From Clostridiales bacterium (GTDB taxonomy: Bacteria > Bacillota > Clostridia > Christensenellales > UBA1242): DNA of 64,000 nt. Positions 55,718 to 64,000 of the stretch are shown in pieces; position 1 is the first letter of the stretch, and the number at the start of each line of letters is the position of its first letter. Where the stretch lies: NCBI GenBank assembly GCA_015069325.1, contig SVIV01000001.1, positions 168,052 to 232,051 of the forward strand, written 5' to 3'. Made by a program: the position numbers and the translations under genes. Under the pieces are notes generated by a model. It searched no databases and was not told the DNA's origin. It saw nothing but the letters and a program-made list of their open reading frames with translations.

Positions 55718-57955
55718 CTAGTTGAATAAATCTTTTACTTTTTTGTTTGCTGAAATTATTAAACTTTTAAGTAGGGTGAATCTTTGAACAGTATAACTAT
55801 TAGATACCATTCTTTTAAGATTTTTTTGTTCACCGACAAGCACAACCATTTTCTTTGCTCTTGTTACGGCTGTATAGATTAAGTTGCGTGTTAAAATCAT
55901 ACTTGTTCCTGCAATGATTGGAATAATAACAACATCAAATTCAGAACCTTGGCTTTTGTGAATTGTTATTGCATAGGCAAGAGACAACTGATTGATTTCT
56001 GTGCGTGGATACAAACAGCGTCTGCCATCTTCAAACATAACAACCATTTCGTTTGTTTGAAAGTCAATGAGTTCGATAAATCCTATATCTCCATTAAAAA
56101 CACCTTCGCCTTCTTCTTCAATTATTCCGTTTGTTTTCTTCCAAATAAGACCATAATTATTAGTTGTTTGCATCACTTTGTCGCCTACTCTAAAAATAGT
56201 TTCTCCAACAGTAAGTTCCATTTTGTTTATTGCAGGCGGATTAATTGATTCTTGCAAAGTGCGATTTAAGTTGTCAATTCCGCACACTCCAGCTTTAAGG
56301 GGCGCAAGCACTTGAATTTGGTTACATTCAAGGCCGGTAAATTTAGGAAGTCTTCGCACAACCATATCAATTATGGTTGCCTTAATTTGTCCTAAGTCAG
56401 AATGTTCTTGAAAGAAAAAGTCTTTACTGCTATTGTCCAAATGTGGCATTTTGCCATTATTGATAAGGTGAGCATTGGTAATGATTAAACTATCGTCACT
56501 TTGTCGATAAATTTTAGTAAGCATTGAAAGGGGAATGATTCCGCTTTTGATGATATCGTCTAAAACGTTTCCAGCACCAACGCTTGGCAATTGGTCTTTA
56601 TCGCCCACTAAAATAAGCTGGCAATCTCTAGGGAGAGCCTTACATAAGTGGCTCATTAATGCAACATCAACCATCGAGACTTCGTCAACTATTACGACAT
56701 CAGTTTTAAAATTATTGTTTTCATTGTAAACAAATCTATTTATGTTGCCCAGTTCGCCAGATGCCACTTCTAAAGCTCGATGAATCGTTTTTGCTTCTTC
56801 ACCGCAAGAATCACTCATTCGTTTAGATGCTCGACCGGTAGGAGCTAAAAGCATAAATCTTTTATCGTGAGATTTTAAAATTTCAATAATGCATTTGATG
56901 ATAGTTGTCTTACCAGTTCCCGGACCACCAGTGATAACAGATATACCGCTGTTAATAGCGGTTTTTATTGCATTTTTCTGCTCTGAGTGAAACGCAATAT
57001 TAAATCTTTCTTCAAAATGCGTGATTTCGTCTTCAATATTAAGCGGTTTAATTGCAACAGAATTGTTTAGCAGGGCTAGTTTTTGTGATACCACAGTTTC
57101 ATAGTGGTGATATTTTGCCGGAGTTACTATTTCTTGCCCATCGTGGAATAGGCATAGCGTGCTTTTGTCTATGGTAAGATTATCAAGCGCATCTTGATAT
57201 AGTTTTTCATTAGAATTTAAATCGATATCTAAAAGTTGTGAAGCTTGTGTCAACAAAACATTTTTTGGTAGGTATGTGTTTCCTGTTTTTTCAATTGAAG
57301 ATTGAAGGGTAAATACAATGCCAGCTCTCACTCTAAATTCACTATCACTAGGAATGCCGATGCTACCAGCAATTTTATCTGCAGTAGTAAATCCGATGCC
57401 GTTTACATCTTCAACAAGGCGGTAAGGATTTGTTTTTACTATATCGATTGTTTTTGCCCCATAAATATCATAAATCTTAAGAGCCATATTAGTTGAAATG
57501 TTATATTTTTGCAAAAACATAACCGAATTTTGAAGTTTTTTTAGTTCTTTAAATTTTTCACCAATTTCTAAAGCCTTTTTTAGTGAAATGTTTTTTACTT
57601 CTGCTAGTGAAGTTGGGCTCATTTCTATAATGTCAAAGGTTTGTTCTTTAAAATGTTTAACAATGTTTTTTGCAGTTATTGGGCCCACTCCTTTAATCAG
57701 GCCAGAAGATAAATATCTTTCAATCCCAGCAAGAGAAGTAGGTAGGGTGATTTCATAAGAATTGAAAGAAAATTGGTAGCCATATTTCGCATTGTTTACA
57801 TATTCGCCAACAAGTTCTAGGTTTTCGCCGATATTTGCATTCAAAAGTTTTCCCACACAAACCACTGGTGTTGATTTAAAATCTAAAATAAACACGGTGT
57901 AACCATTTTGTTCGTTGCGGAATATAATTTCTTCGATAGGTCCTTCTATTTTCAT
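55718..57955 (-). CDS. recD2: ATP-dependent RecD2-like DNA helicase (SF1B)
   Basis: 745 aa. N-terminal OB/HhH region, GGPGTGKTT, VIVDEVSMVD, LVGDKDQLPSVGAGNVL, C-terminal YAITIHKSQGSEF...TAVTRAKK. Confidence 0.9.
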   Translation of the reverse strand: MKIEGPIEEIIFRNEQNGYTVFILDFKSTPVVCVGKLLNANIGENLELVGEYVNNAKYGYQFSFNSYEITLPTSLAGIERYLSSGLIKGVGPITAKNIVKHFKEQTFDIIEMSPTSLAEVKNISLKKALEIGEKFKELKKLQNSVMFLQKYNISTNMALKIYDIYGAKTIDIVKTNPYRLVEDVNGIGFTTADKIAGSIGIPSDSEFRVRAGIVFTLQSSIEKTGNTYLPKNVLLTQASQLLDIDLNSNEKLYQDALDNLTIDKSTLCLFHDGQEIVTPAKYHHYETVVSQKLALLNNSVAIKPLNIEDEITHFEERFNIAFHSEQKNAIKTAINSGISVITGGPGTGKTTIIKCIIEILKSHDKRFMLLAPTGRASKRMSDSCGEEAKTIHRALEVASGELGNINRFVYNENNNFKTDVVIVDEVSMVDVALMSHLCKALPRDCQLILVGDKDQLPSVGAGNVLDDIIKSGIIPLSMLTKIYRQSDDSLIITNAHLINNGKMPHLDNSSKDFFFQEHSDLGQIKATIIDMVVRRLPKFTGLECNQIQVLAPLKAGVCGIDNLNRTLQESINPPAINKMELTVGETIFRVGDKVMQTTNNYGLIWKKTNGIIEEEGEGVFNGDIGFIELIDFQTNEMVVMFEDGRRCLYPRTEINQLSLAYAITIHKSQGSEFDVVIIPIIAGTSMILTRNLIYTAVTRAKKMVVLVGEQKNLKRMVSNSYTVQRFTLLKSLIISANKKVKDLFN

Positions 57956-58053
57956 ATTTATATTTTAATAATAATTTCTTTGAAAATCAAGTAAAAACAG
58001 TTGCATTTCTAATAAATTTTTTATATACTATTTGAGAACAAAAGAGAGAACTT

Positions 58054-58437
58054 ATGAAAACGGCAGAAAAAATTTTAGAAATTGAATCATTACTTGAAAA
58101 TTTGATTAAAAAAAATAGAGAAGGAAGTATTTTGCGAATGAAGATACTATTTTTTAGTCATCTTTATCAAGATTTGTCAATTAGTATGATAATTGAAAAA
58201 TTGGGCATTAAAAAAACAAACTTTGCCCTTATGAGTGCGGCTCTCGAAAAAGAAGGGTGTCTTGTTATCAAGAAGTCTAATATGGATAGACGATGTCGTG
58301 TTATCGAACTTACAGAAAAAGGAAGAAAAGAACTTGATAACTATCTTACCGAAGTTGGCAATAATTTTGGTGCTACACCTATAGAAATTGAACAAAATTT
58401 AGATAGTTTAAGCAGGTTTTTAAACAAAATTATTTAA
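58054..58437 (+). CDS. MarR-family winged-helix regulator
   Basis: 127 aa. LSISMIIEKLGIKKTNFALMSAALEKEGCLVIKKSNMDRRCRVIELTEKGRKEL. TTGCAT-17-TATACT promoter upstream. 13 nt before cysS. Confidence 0.7.
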   Translation: MKTAEKILEIESLLENLIKKNREGSILRMKILFFSHLYQDLSISMIIEKLGIKKTNFALMSAALEKEGCLVIKKSNMDRRCRVIELTEKGRKELDNYLTEVGNNFGATPIEIEQNLDSLSRFLNKII

Positions 58438-58450
58438 TTAGGAGAAAAAT

Positions 58451-59809
58451 ATGCTTAAAATTTTTAATTCACTTACAAAAAAGATTGAACAGTTTAAAAC
58501 AAGAGAAAACGGAATTGTTAATATGTATTCGTGCGGACCTACAGTTTATTATTATCCGCATATCGGAAATTTCAGGGCGTATCTTTTTATGGATAACATT
58601 AGAAGAGTGCTCAAATATAATGGCTATAAAGTTAATGGCGTAATGAATATTACAGATGTTGGTCACCTCACAAGCGATGCCGATGAAGGTGACGATAAAA
58701 TGCTTGTTGCAAGCAAGAGAGAAAATAAATCACCTTGGGAAATTGCTAAATTTTATACAAATGTATTTATTGAAGAAGCTAAAAAGTTGAATATTGATTT
58801 GCCAGAATATATTGTGCCTGCAACTTCAGTAATTGAAGAAATGATAGAATTTGTTAAAACACTGATTGCAAGGGGATATGCTTACGAAACCAGCAAAGGT
58901 ATTTACTTTGACATTGCTAAATTTTCGGCTTACGGTGCTTTAGCTGGAATGGATATAAATGAAAAGCTTGCGGGCGCGAGAATTGAAGTGGACAGTGAAA
59001 AACGTTCACCTTATGATTTCGTATTGTGGGTAAAGGCACCTAAGGAACATATTATGCAGTGGGATAGTCCTTGGGGGAAAGGATACCCAGGGTGGCATAT
59101 TGAATGCTCTGTTATTGGAGATAAGTATTTAGGGGAATATATTGACCTTCATACAGGCGGAGTTGACCATAAACCAGTTCATCACGAAAACGAAATCGCA
59201 CAAAGCAATTGCCATTATGGGCACCAAGTTGTTAATGCTTGGATGCACCTTGAATTTTTGCAAATTGATGGCGGCAAGATGAGCAAAAGCCTGGGCAATT
59301 TATATACAATTGCAGATTTAGAAACTAAAGGCTATTCAGCTGAAGATTTTAGGTTTTTCTATTTTCTTGCACACTATTCAAAACAACAAAACTTTACTTT
59401 TGATTCGCTTGATATGGCGAAAAACACACTAAAAAGTATTAAAAACCTTGCTAAAGAGCATAAAACAGGCTTGGCAAAGGTTGACACATCTTCTTATGAA
59501 CAAGACTTTCTTGACAGCATAAATGATGACCTGAATATGCCAAAAGCAATTGCGGTTGTTCAAAAAATGCTTAAAGAAGAAAGAAGTCAAGACGTTTATT
59601 CTTCCCTTGAAAAATTTAATCAAGTTTTAGGTATCAGCCTTATTGATGCAGAAGAAATTCCACAAGAAATTAAGGAATTGGCAGAAAAACGTTGGCAGGC
59701 AAAATTAAACAGGGATTGGACTACAGCAGACGCTGTTAGGGTAGAACTAACTGCAAAAGGCTATTCAATAAAAGACAAGAAAGATGGATATGAGATAATT
59801 GAAAATTAA
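58451..59809 (+). CDS. cysS: Cysteine--tRNA ligase
   Basis: 452 aa. CGPTVYYYPHIGNFRAY (HIGH), WHIECS, KMSKSLGN. Confidence 0.95.
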   Translation: MLKIFNSLTKKIEQFKTRENGIVNMYSCGPTVYYYPHIGNFRAYLFMDNIRRVLKYNGYKVNGVMNITDVGHLTSDADEGDDKMLVASKRENKSPWEIAKFYTNVFIEEAKKLNIDLPEYIVPATSVIEEMIEFVKTLIARGYAYETSKGIYFDIAKFSAYGALAGMDINEKLAGARIEVDSEKRSPYDFVLWVKAPKEHIMQWDSPWGKGYPGWHIECSVIGDKYLGEYIDLHTGGVDHKPVHHENEIAQSNCHYGHQVVNAWMHLEFLQIDGGKMSKSLGNLYTIADLETKGYSAEDFRFFYFLAHYSKQQNFTFDSLDMAKNTLKSIKNLAKEHKTGLAKVDTSSYEQDFLDSINDDLNMPKAIAVVQKMLKEERSQDVYSSLEKFNQVLGISLIDAEEIPQEIKELAEKRWQAKLNRDWTTADAVRVELTAKGYSIKDKKDGYEIIEN

Positions 59810-59859
59810 ATATCAATAATAAAAATACCCATATTATTAATAAATTTTTTAACAAAAAA

Positions 59860-59884
59860 AACAACCCTAAGTGGTTGTTTTTTA
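59860..59884 (+). terminator. Intrinsic terminator after cysS
   Basis: AACAACC ctaagt GGTTGTT followed by TTTTT. Confidence 0.7.
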
Positions 59885-60163
59885 TTTATATTTAATTAGA
59901 ATCTTCAACTTCTTAGTAAATTTTTTGCGTTTCATCAGTTATTAAAAAGTCTTGAATTGGTGAAACTTGTTCTGTTGTCTTTTCTTCTTCAGAATTTGCT
60001 TTTTTGTTAAATACAAAAGACTTTCTAATAGGTTTTTGTTTTTTACTCTCAGAAGTTTCTTCTATAGCTTTTCCTGAGAAATAATCAATTTTGTCTCCTA
60101 ATTTATGACCTTCCTTTTCTACTTCTATGAACAATATACCATAAAAAAGAAGTTTGACAAAAC

Positions 60164-60190
60164 AAAAGCAGGCAATATGCCTGCTTTTTT
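60164..60190 (-). terminator. Intrinsic (bidirectional-looking) terminator after rplL
   Basis: aaaaGCAGGCAataTGCCTGCtttttt. Confidence 0.75.
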
Positions 60191-60216
60191 CGCAATATTC
60201 GTTTATATAATTTGAT

Positions 60217-60582
60217 TTATTTAAGTTTAACTGTTGCGCCAGCTTCTTTAAGTTTAGCTTCGATATCTTTAGCTTCTTCTGCTGGAACGTTTTCTTTGAT
60301 TGCTTTAGGAGCAGCTTCAACAAGAGCTTTAGCTTCTCCAAGTCCAAGTCCAGTGATTTCTCTTACAACTTTAATTACAGCGATTTTGTTTGCGCCAACT
60401 TCAGCGAGTTCTACTGTAAATTCAGTTTTTTCTTCAGCGGCTGGAGCAGCACCAGCAGCAGGGCCAGCAACTACTGCAGCAGCAGCGCTAACGCCAAATT
60501 CTTCTTCTAACATTTTAACAAGTTCGTTGATTTCAACAACTGTTTTGTTTTTAATAATTTCAACAAGTTCTTTATTTTCCAT
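60217..60582 (-). CDS. rplL: 50S ribosomal protein L7/L12
   Basis: 121 aa. Ala-rich hinge, then [37 protein letters not shown]...EAGATVKLK. Confidence 0.95.
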   Translation of the reverse strand: MENKELVEIIKNKTVVEINELVKMLEEEFGVSAAAAVVAGPAAGAAPAAEEKTEFTVELAEVGANKIAVIKVVREITGLGLGEAKALVEAAPKAIKENVPAEEAKDIEAKLKEAGATVKLK

Positions 60583-60608
60583 TTTAATTTTCTCCTTTAA
60601 TTTTTTAA

Positions 60609-61100
60609 TTAAGCACCTTGCTTTTCAGCGATTGCATTAAGCGCAATAGCAACACTGCGAACAGGGCTTTGTAATAAGTATAAAAGTTTTGATATAAGCA
60701 CTTCTTTTGATGGGATTTTTGCAAGTTGGTTTACCATATCAGCATCAACTCTATTGCCATTTAAAATTCCACCTTTAACTTGCATTTTTTTAGTAGATTC
60801 AGATGTTTCTACAATGATTCTTGGTCCAGAAACTTCATCTTGCATTCCGAATGCAACAGCTGTAGTTCCTTGTAATAAATCATCGTAACCAGTCATTCCG
60901 AGTTCTTCTAATGCTTTTAAAAGTAATCTGTTTTTGTATACTTTGTATTCAACACCAGCTTCTCTTAAAGTTCTACGCATTTTAGTGTCTTCTTCAACGG
61001 TTAAACCACGATAATCAACAAAAGTAAGTGAAATTGAAGATTGAATCTTGTTTTTGATTTCTTCAACTAATTCTTTTTTTGCTTCTAAATTAGCACTCAT
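60609..61100 (-). CDS. rplJ: 50S ribosomal protein L10
   Basis: 163 aa. [33 protein letters not shown]. Directly upstream of rplL. Confidence 0.95.
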   Translation of the reverse strand: MSANLEAKKELVEEIKNKIQSSISLTFVDYRGLTVEEDTKMRRTLREAGVEYKVYKNRLLLKALEELGMTGYDDLLQGTTAVAFGMQDEVSGPRIIVETSESTKKMQVKGGILNGNRVDADMVNQLAKIPSKEVLISKLLYLLQSPVRSVAIALNAIAEKQGA

Positions 61101-61284
61101 TAGATAATTTCCTCCTTTTTTATAGAATATTGCGTCTATAAAAACAAAATCCCTATGCCCAAGAAAAAGAGCATAGAGATAGGAAAATCTTTATCTATTG
61201 CTTCTTTCCTCGGCAAGCACACACAAGGTGTTTATGCTTAAAGCACTTGCTGTCTTTGGACAAGACTTTATTTTTACGTTTGTT
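61101..61284 (-). promoter_or_regulatory. Structured ~180-nt rplJ 5' leader (L10-leader-like attenuator, tentative)
   Basis: Lies between the promoter (61285-61313) and the AAAGGAGG RBS. It contains GTCTT gtcca AAGAC, and CTATGCTC tttttctt GGGCATAG (forward 61153-61176) followed by ATTTTGTTTTT. In Bacillota, L10(L12)4 autoregulation through a leader RNA is established. Confidence 0.4.
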
Positions 61285-61313
61285 ATTATAAAACAAAAAA
61301 ATCACTTTGTCAA
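61285..61313 (-). promoter_or_regulatory. Consensus sigma-A promoter for rplJ-rplL
   Basis: Minus strand: TTGACA, 17 nt, TATAAT. The -35 element lies in the loop of the upstream gene's terminator hairpin AATCGCTT gaca AAGTGATT. Confidence 0.65.
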
Positions 61314-61336
61314 GCGATTTTTTAAAATTTGTGGAA

Positions 61337-61648
61337 TTATTTGATAAAAGATAGGTCTTCTTCAGAAAAACTTTCAACAACAATATAGTCATCTTGAATG
61401 GTTGGTGCATTACGATAAATTTCAAAAAGCCAATAGTCTTCGACGAAAGCATTTTCTTTCATAAATTTCATCAAAGCTTGATAAGCTGATTCAGGCATTT
61501 CTTTCAATGCTTCAATAATGACGCTGTTTGAGAATGAATCATTTGCTTTTACAAGGACTTGATATAATGTTTTTATTGATTCTTTATTTTGATAGTCCAT
61601 TGAATATAATTTGACGCAGTGATTTAAATTTTCTTGTATATTTTTCAT
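61337..61648 (-). CDS. Hypothetical small protein (103 aa)
   Basis: Trimmed to ATG at complement 61646-61648 (AAAGGAGAAATT RBS). Helical, acidic. Weak similarity to the 90-aa neighbour. Confidence 0.5.
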   Translation of the reverse strand: MKNIQENLNHCVKLYSMDYQNKESIKTLYQVLVKANDSFSNSVIIEALKEMPESAYQALMKFMKENAFVEDYWLFEIYRNAPTIQDDYIVVESFSEEDLSFIK

Positions 61649-61682
61649 AATTTCTCCTTTGGCGAACGAAAGTATAGCATAA

Positions 61683-61726
61683 TAAAAGCTAAAAATCAAT
61701 AGTAAAACTTGATGATTTTTAGCTTT
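61683..61726 (-). terminator. Long perfect inverted repeat (15-bp arms, 14-nt loop), terminator-like, overlapping the next promoter's -35
   Basis: AAAAGCTAAAAATCA...TGATTTTTAGCTTTT. On the minus strand the 3' arm contains TTGATT, followed by 17 nt and then TATACT. Confidence 0.55.
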
Positions 61727-61762
61727 TTATGATGTAAAATATGAAACAACTTATAAAATTAA

Positions 61763-62035
61763 TTATAATGAGTTTTGTTGGTCTGGAGTGACTAAATGAT
61801 GGTCAATAGTTGCAATGAATTTTTTGTCGCCAAATTCATTTGCAAACATTTTTAATCTAAAAAGAGTATTTTCATTTAATGAGCGAAGCACTCTTGCAAG
61901 AAGTTCTCTATTATAAGAAATTTGTTTTAAAAAGTAATATAGTGCTAGTGAGTCATCTTGAATTTTATCAACTATTCTTTTGCAACAATTGAAGTTGAAT
62001 CTTTCCCATTCGTCTTGTCTATATTGATTATACAT
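61763..62035 (-). CDS. Hypothetical small protein (90 aa)
   Basis: AAAAGGAGATTGTT RBS. Helical. No motif recognised. Confidence 0.5.
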   Translation of the reverse strand: MYNQYRQDEWERFNFNCCKRIVDKIQDDSLALYYFLKQISYNRELLARVLRSLNENTLFRLKMFANEFGDKKFIATIDHHLVTPDQQNSL

Positions 62036-62177
62036 AACAATCTCCTTTTTTTATTATTACTAGTATAACATATATTTCTAATCTTTTCAACACCTTTTTA
62101 TGAAAAGATTAAGAAAATATTGACTTAAGCGACAGAAAATGCTAAAATCAAAGACATATAATGATTTGGAGGAAAAA

Positions 62178-64000
62178 ATGGATTTTAAAGCGATAGAAAA
62201 AAAATGGCAAGATAAATGGGCGAAAGAAAAATCTTTTAAAGCAGTTGACTTTCACCCAACAAAGCCAAAATATTATATGTTGTATGAATTTCCAAATGTA
62301 AGTGGTAATCTTCATATGGGACACTTGAAGGGCACTGTTCCATCTGATGCACTTGCAAGATATAAGAGATTTTGTGGATATAATGTTCTTTTCCCAATAG
62401 GTGGCGATGCTTTTGGGCTTCCTGCGGAAAATGCAGCGATAAAATATGGCACAAATCCTAAGGTATTCGTTGAAGAAGGATTTAAAAAAATTACAGATCA
62501 ATTTGCTCAATTAGGGCTTTCTTTTGATAGAGATAGGTCGTTTTGCACAAGCGATGAAGATTATTATAAATGGACTCAATGGATTTTTGTTCAACTGTAT
62601 AATCACGGGAAAGCATATAAGCAATATGGCACAGTAAATTTCTGCCCAAATTGCAAAACAGTTTTGTCAAATGAAGATAGTCAAGGTGGCAAATGCGATC
62701 GTTGTAATGGTGCAGTTCAGCAGGTAGAACGTTCTGTATGGTTCTTAAAAATGAAGGAATATTCTGAAAAGTTGCTTGGCAATGTTGATAGAATTGAGAT
62801 GAATGAAAACCTTAAAGATCAACAACGTAATTGGATTGGCAGAAGCGAAGGGATGCAAGTTGAATTTTCAGTTGTTGACGAAGAAAACAACAAATTGGGC
62901 GGGGTTGAAATTTTTACTACTTGCCTTGAAACTATTTATGGTGTAACCTTTGTGACACTTGCACCAGAAAATCGCCTACTTGATTCATTCAAAGATAAAA
63001 TCACAAATTTTGCAGAGATTGAAGAATATAGAAAGCAAACAGCTCTTCGCAGCGAATTTGATAGAATGAGTGACAACAAAGACAAGACAGGGTGCGAAGT
63101 GAAGGGAATTTATGCAATAAATCCTGTTAATAATGCTAAAGTGGCAGTATATATTGCAGATTTTGTTCTTAATGGTTATGGCACAGGTGCTGTTATGGCG
63201 GTTCCAACGCACGATCAAAGAGATTATGATTTTGCGAAGGCCTTTAACATTCCAATGATTCAAGTTATTGAAGGAGATGTAAGCCAAAAAGCTGTTGAAA
63301 AAGGGGAATATATTCCAATTGATAGCAAATTAATGAACAGCGAAGAATTCTCAGGAATGCGAATCAGCGAAGCAAAACCAAAGATGTGTCAAAAACTCAT
63401 TGATATGGGTGTTGCGAAAAAACAAATCAATTACAAAATGAAAGATTGGCCATTCAACAGACAAAGATTCTGGGGAGAACCATTCCCAATTGTATATTGT
63501 GATAAATGCGGAACAGTTTGTTTAGAAGAAAAGGATTTACCACTCACTCTTCCACAAACAGAAGACTATATGCCAAACGCAACAGGGGATTCGCCACTTT
63601 CAAAAATTGAAAGTTGGGTGAATTGCACTTGTCCAAAATGTGGTGGTAAAGCAAGAAGAGAAACTGATACAATGCCAAACTGGGCAGGATCAAGTTGGTA
63701 TTGGCTTAGATATTGCGATCCACACAACGATCAAGCACTTGCTGATTATGATAAGTTAAAGTATTGGGGAAGTGTAGATTGTTATACTGGTGGAACGGAA
63801 CATATTACTCGTCACGTGTTGTATGCATTCTTCTGGCAAAACTTCTTATATGAAATAGGTGCAGTGCCAACTCGTGATCCATTTATTAGAAAAATGGGAA
63901 GCGGTCTTATTTTAGATGATCAAGGCAAGAAATTAAGTAAGAGCAGTGCAAATGGCGTTCCTGCCATTGATGTATTAAATCAATATGGTGCTGATGTAAC
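62178..64000 (+). CDS. leuS: Leucine--tRNA ligase (N-terminal ~607 codons; continues past the right edge)
   Basis: Not in the track because it is open-ended. My translation from ATG 62178 is MDFKAIEKKWQDKWAKEKSFKAV...YMLYEFPNVSGNLHMGHLKG (HIGH), with a CxxC...CxxC zinc module, the CP1 region and KLSKS near 63930. TTGACT-17-TAAAAT promoter at about 62124-62152. Confidence 0.95.
   Translation, partial: MDFKAIEKKWQDKWAKEKSFKAVDFHPTKPKYYMLYEFPNVSGNLHMGHLKGTVPSDALARYKRFCGYNVLFPIGGDAFGLPAENAAIKYGTNPKVFVEEGFKKITDQFAQLGLSFDRDRSFCTSDEDYYKWTQWIFVQLYNHGKAYKQYGTVNFCPNCKTVLSNEDSQGGKCDRCNGAVQQVERSVWFLKMKEYSEKLLGNVDRIEMNENLKDQQRNWIGRSEGMQVEFSVVDEENNKLGGVEIFTTCLETIYGVTFVTLAPENRLLDSFKDKITNFAEIEEYRKQTALRSEFDRMSDNKDKTGCEVKGIYAINPVNNAKVAVYIADFVLNGYGTGAVMAVPTHDQRDYDFAKAFNIPMIQVIEGDVSQKAVEKGEYIPIDSKLMNSEEFSGMRISEAKPKMCQKLIDMGVAKKQINYKMKDWPFNRQRFWGEPFPIVYCDKCGTVCLEEKDLPLTLPQTEDYMPNATGDSPLSKIESWVNCTCPKCGGKARRETDTMPNWAGSSWYWLRYCDPHNDQALADYDKLKYWGSVDCYTGGTEHITRHVLYAFFWQNFLYEIGAVPTRDPFIRKMGSGLILDDQGKKLSKSSANGVPAIDVLNQYGADV

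Noticed and set aside
59913-60347. 144-aa minus-strand ORF between cysS and rplL
   Set aside because: Its 5' third overlaps the end of rplL in another frame and runs through the rplL terminator hairpin (60164-60190). Downstream of the terminator there is no ATG or GTG with an RBS, only an in-frame TTG without an SD. The K/E-rich translation has no motif that I recognise. It is probably spurious, or at best a decayed remnant.
60212-60640. 142-aa Ala/Ser/Thr-rich plus-strand ORF
   Set aside because: It is exactly antisense to rplL and the end of rplJ. Its composition is the mirror image of the Ala/Glu/Lys-rich L7/L12 codons. It is a shadow ORF.

Overview
This is an AT-rich bacterial chromosomal segment that reads cleanly with the standard code: TGA acts as a stop, conserved Trp residues are TGG, and all long ORFs are intact. 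Gene content and micro-synteny point to a Bacillota or Mollicutes-related lineage (mrnC-rlmB-sigH, rpmG-secE-nusG-rplK-rplA, rplJ-rplL, HelD, RecD2-ComFC, HU, QueH). I cannot name the organism.

I support about 47 protein genes and three tRNAs (initiator Met-CAU, Ser-CGA, Glu-UUC), plus several consensus sigma-A-type promoters and intrinsic terminators. I saw no rRNA, CRISPR array, transposase, integrase or phage genes.

The housekeeping genes are uvrC (partial), hisS, helD, gyrA, gyrB, glnS, sigH, rlmB, mrnC, ychF, secA, rpmG, secE, nusG, rplK, rplA, rplJ, rplL, queH, lepB, hup, comFC, recD2, cysS and leuS (partial). There is also a P-type ATPase, an ABC exporter, an MFS/GPH permease, a nucleoside hydrolase, and HIT, HAD, GNAT and methyltransferase genes.

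Five things remain unexplained:
1. A 2,041-aa orphan protein lies between the ychF operon and secA. It has no signal peptide, a very long coiled-coil tract, a K/E/D linker, a central bilobed hydrophobic hairpin and a roughly 1,100-aa helical C-terminal half.
2. A convergent pair of surface proteins follows rplA: a 417-aa DUF285/BspA-like repeat protein and a 2,793-aa signal-peptide plus C-terminal-TM giant with no LPXTG. A decayed GT2 glycosyltransferase sits next to them.
3. An ArsR-divergent cassette encodes four small orphan proteins: a Cys-cluster peptide, two paralogous two-TM pilin-like proteins, and a helical 135-aa protein.
4. A candidate 25-codon leader peptide plus terminator sits upstream of the ABC exporter.
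5. A perfect 19-bp direct repeat carries consensus DnaA boxes at the hisS promoter.

The classical Bacillota cysS...rplL cluster is split into four separately oriented pieces. None of these candidates can be assigned to a described system from sequence alone. Items 1 and 3 are my best guesses for something new, and all functional readings of them are inference.
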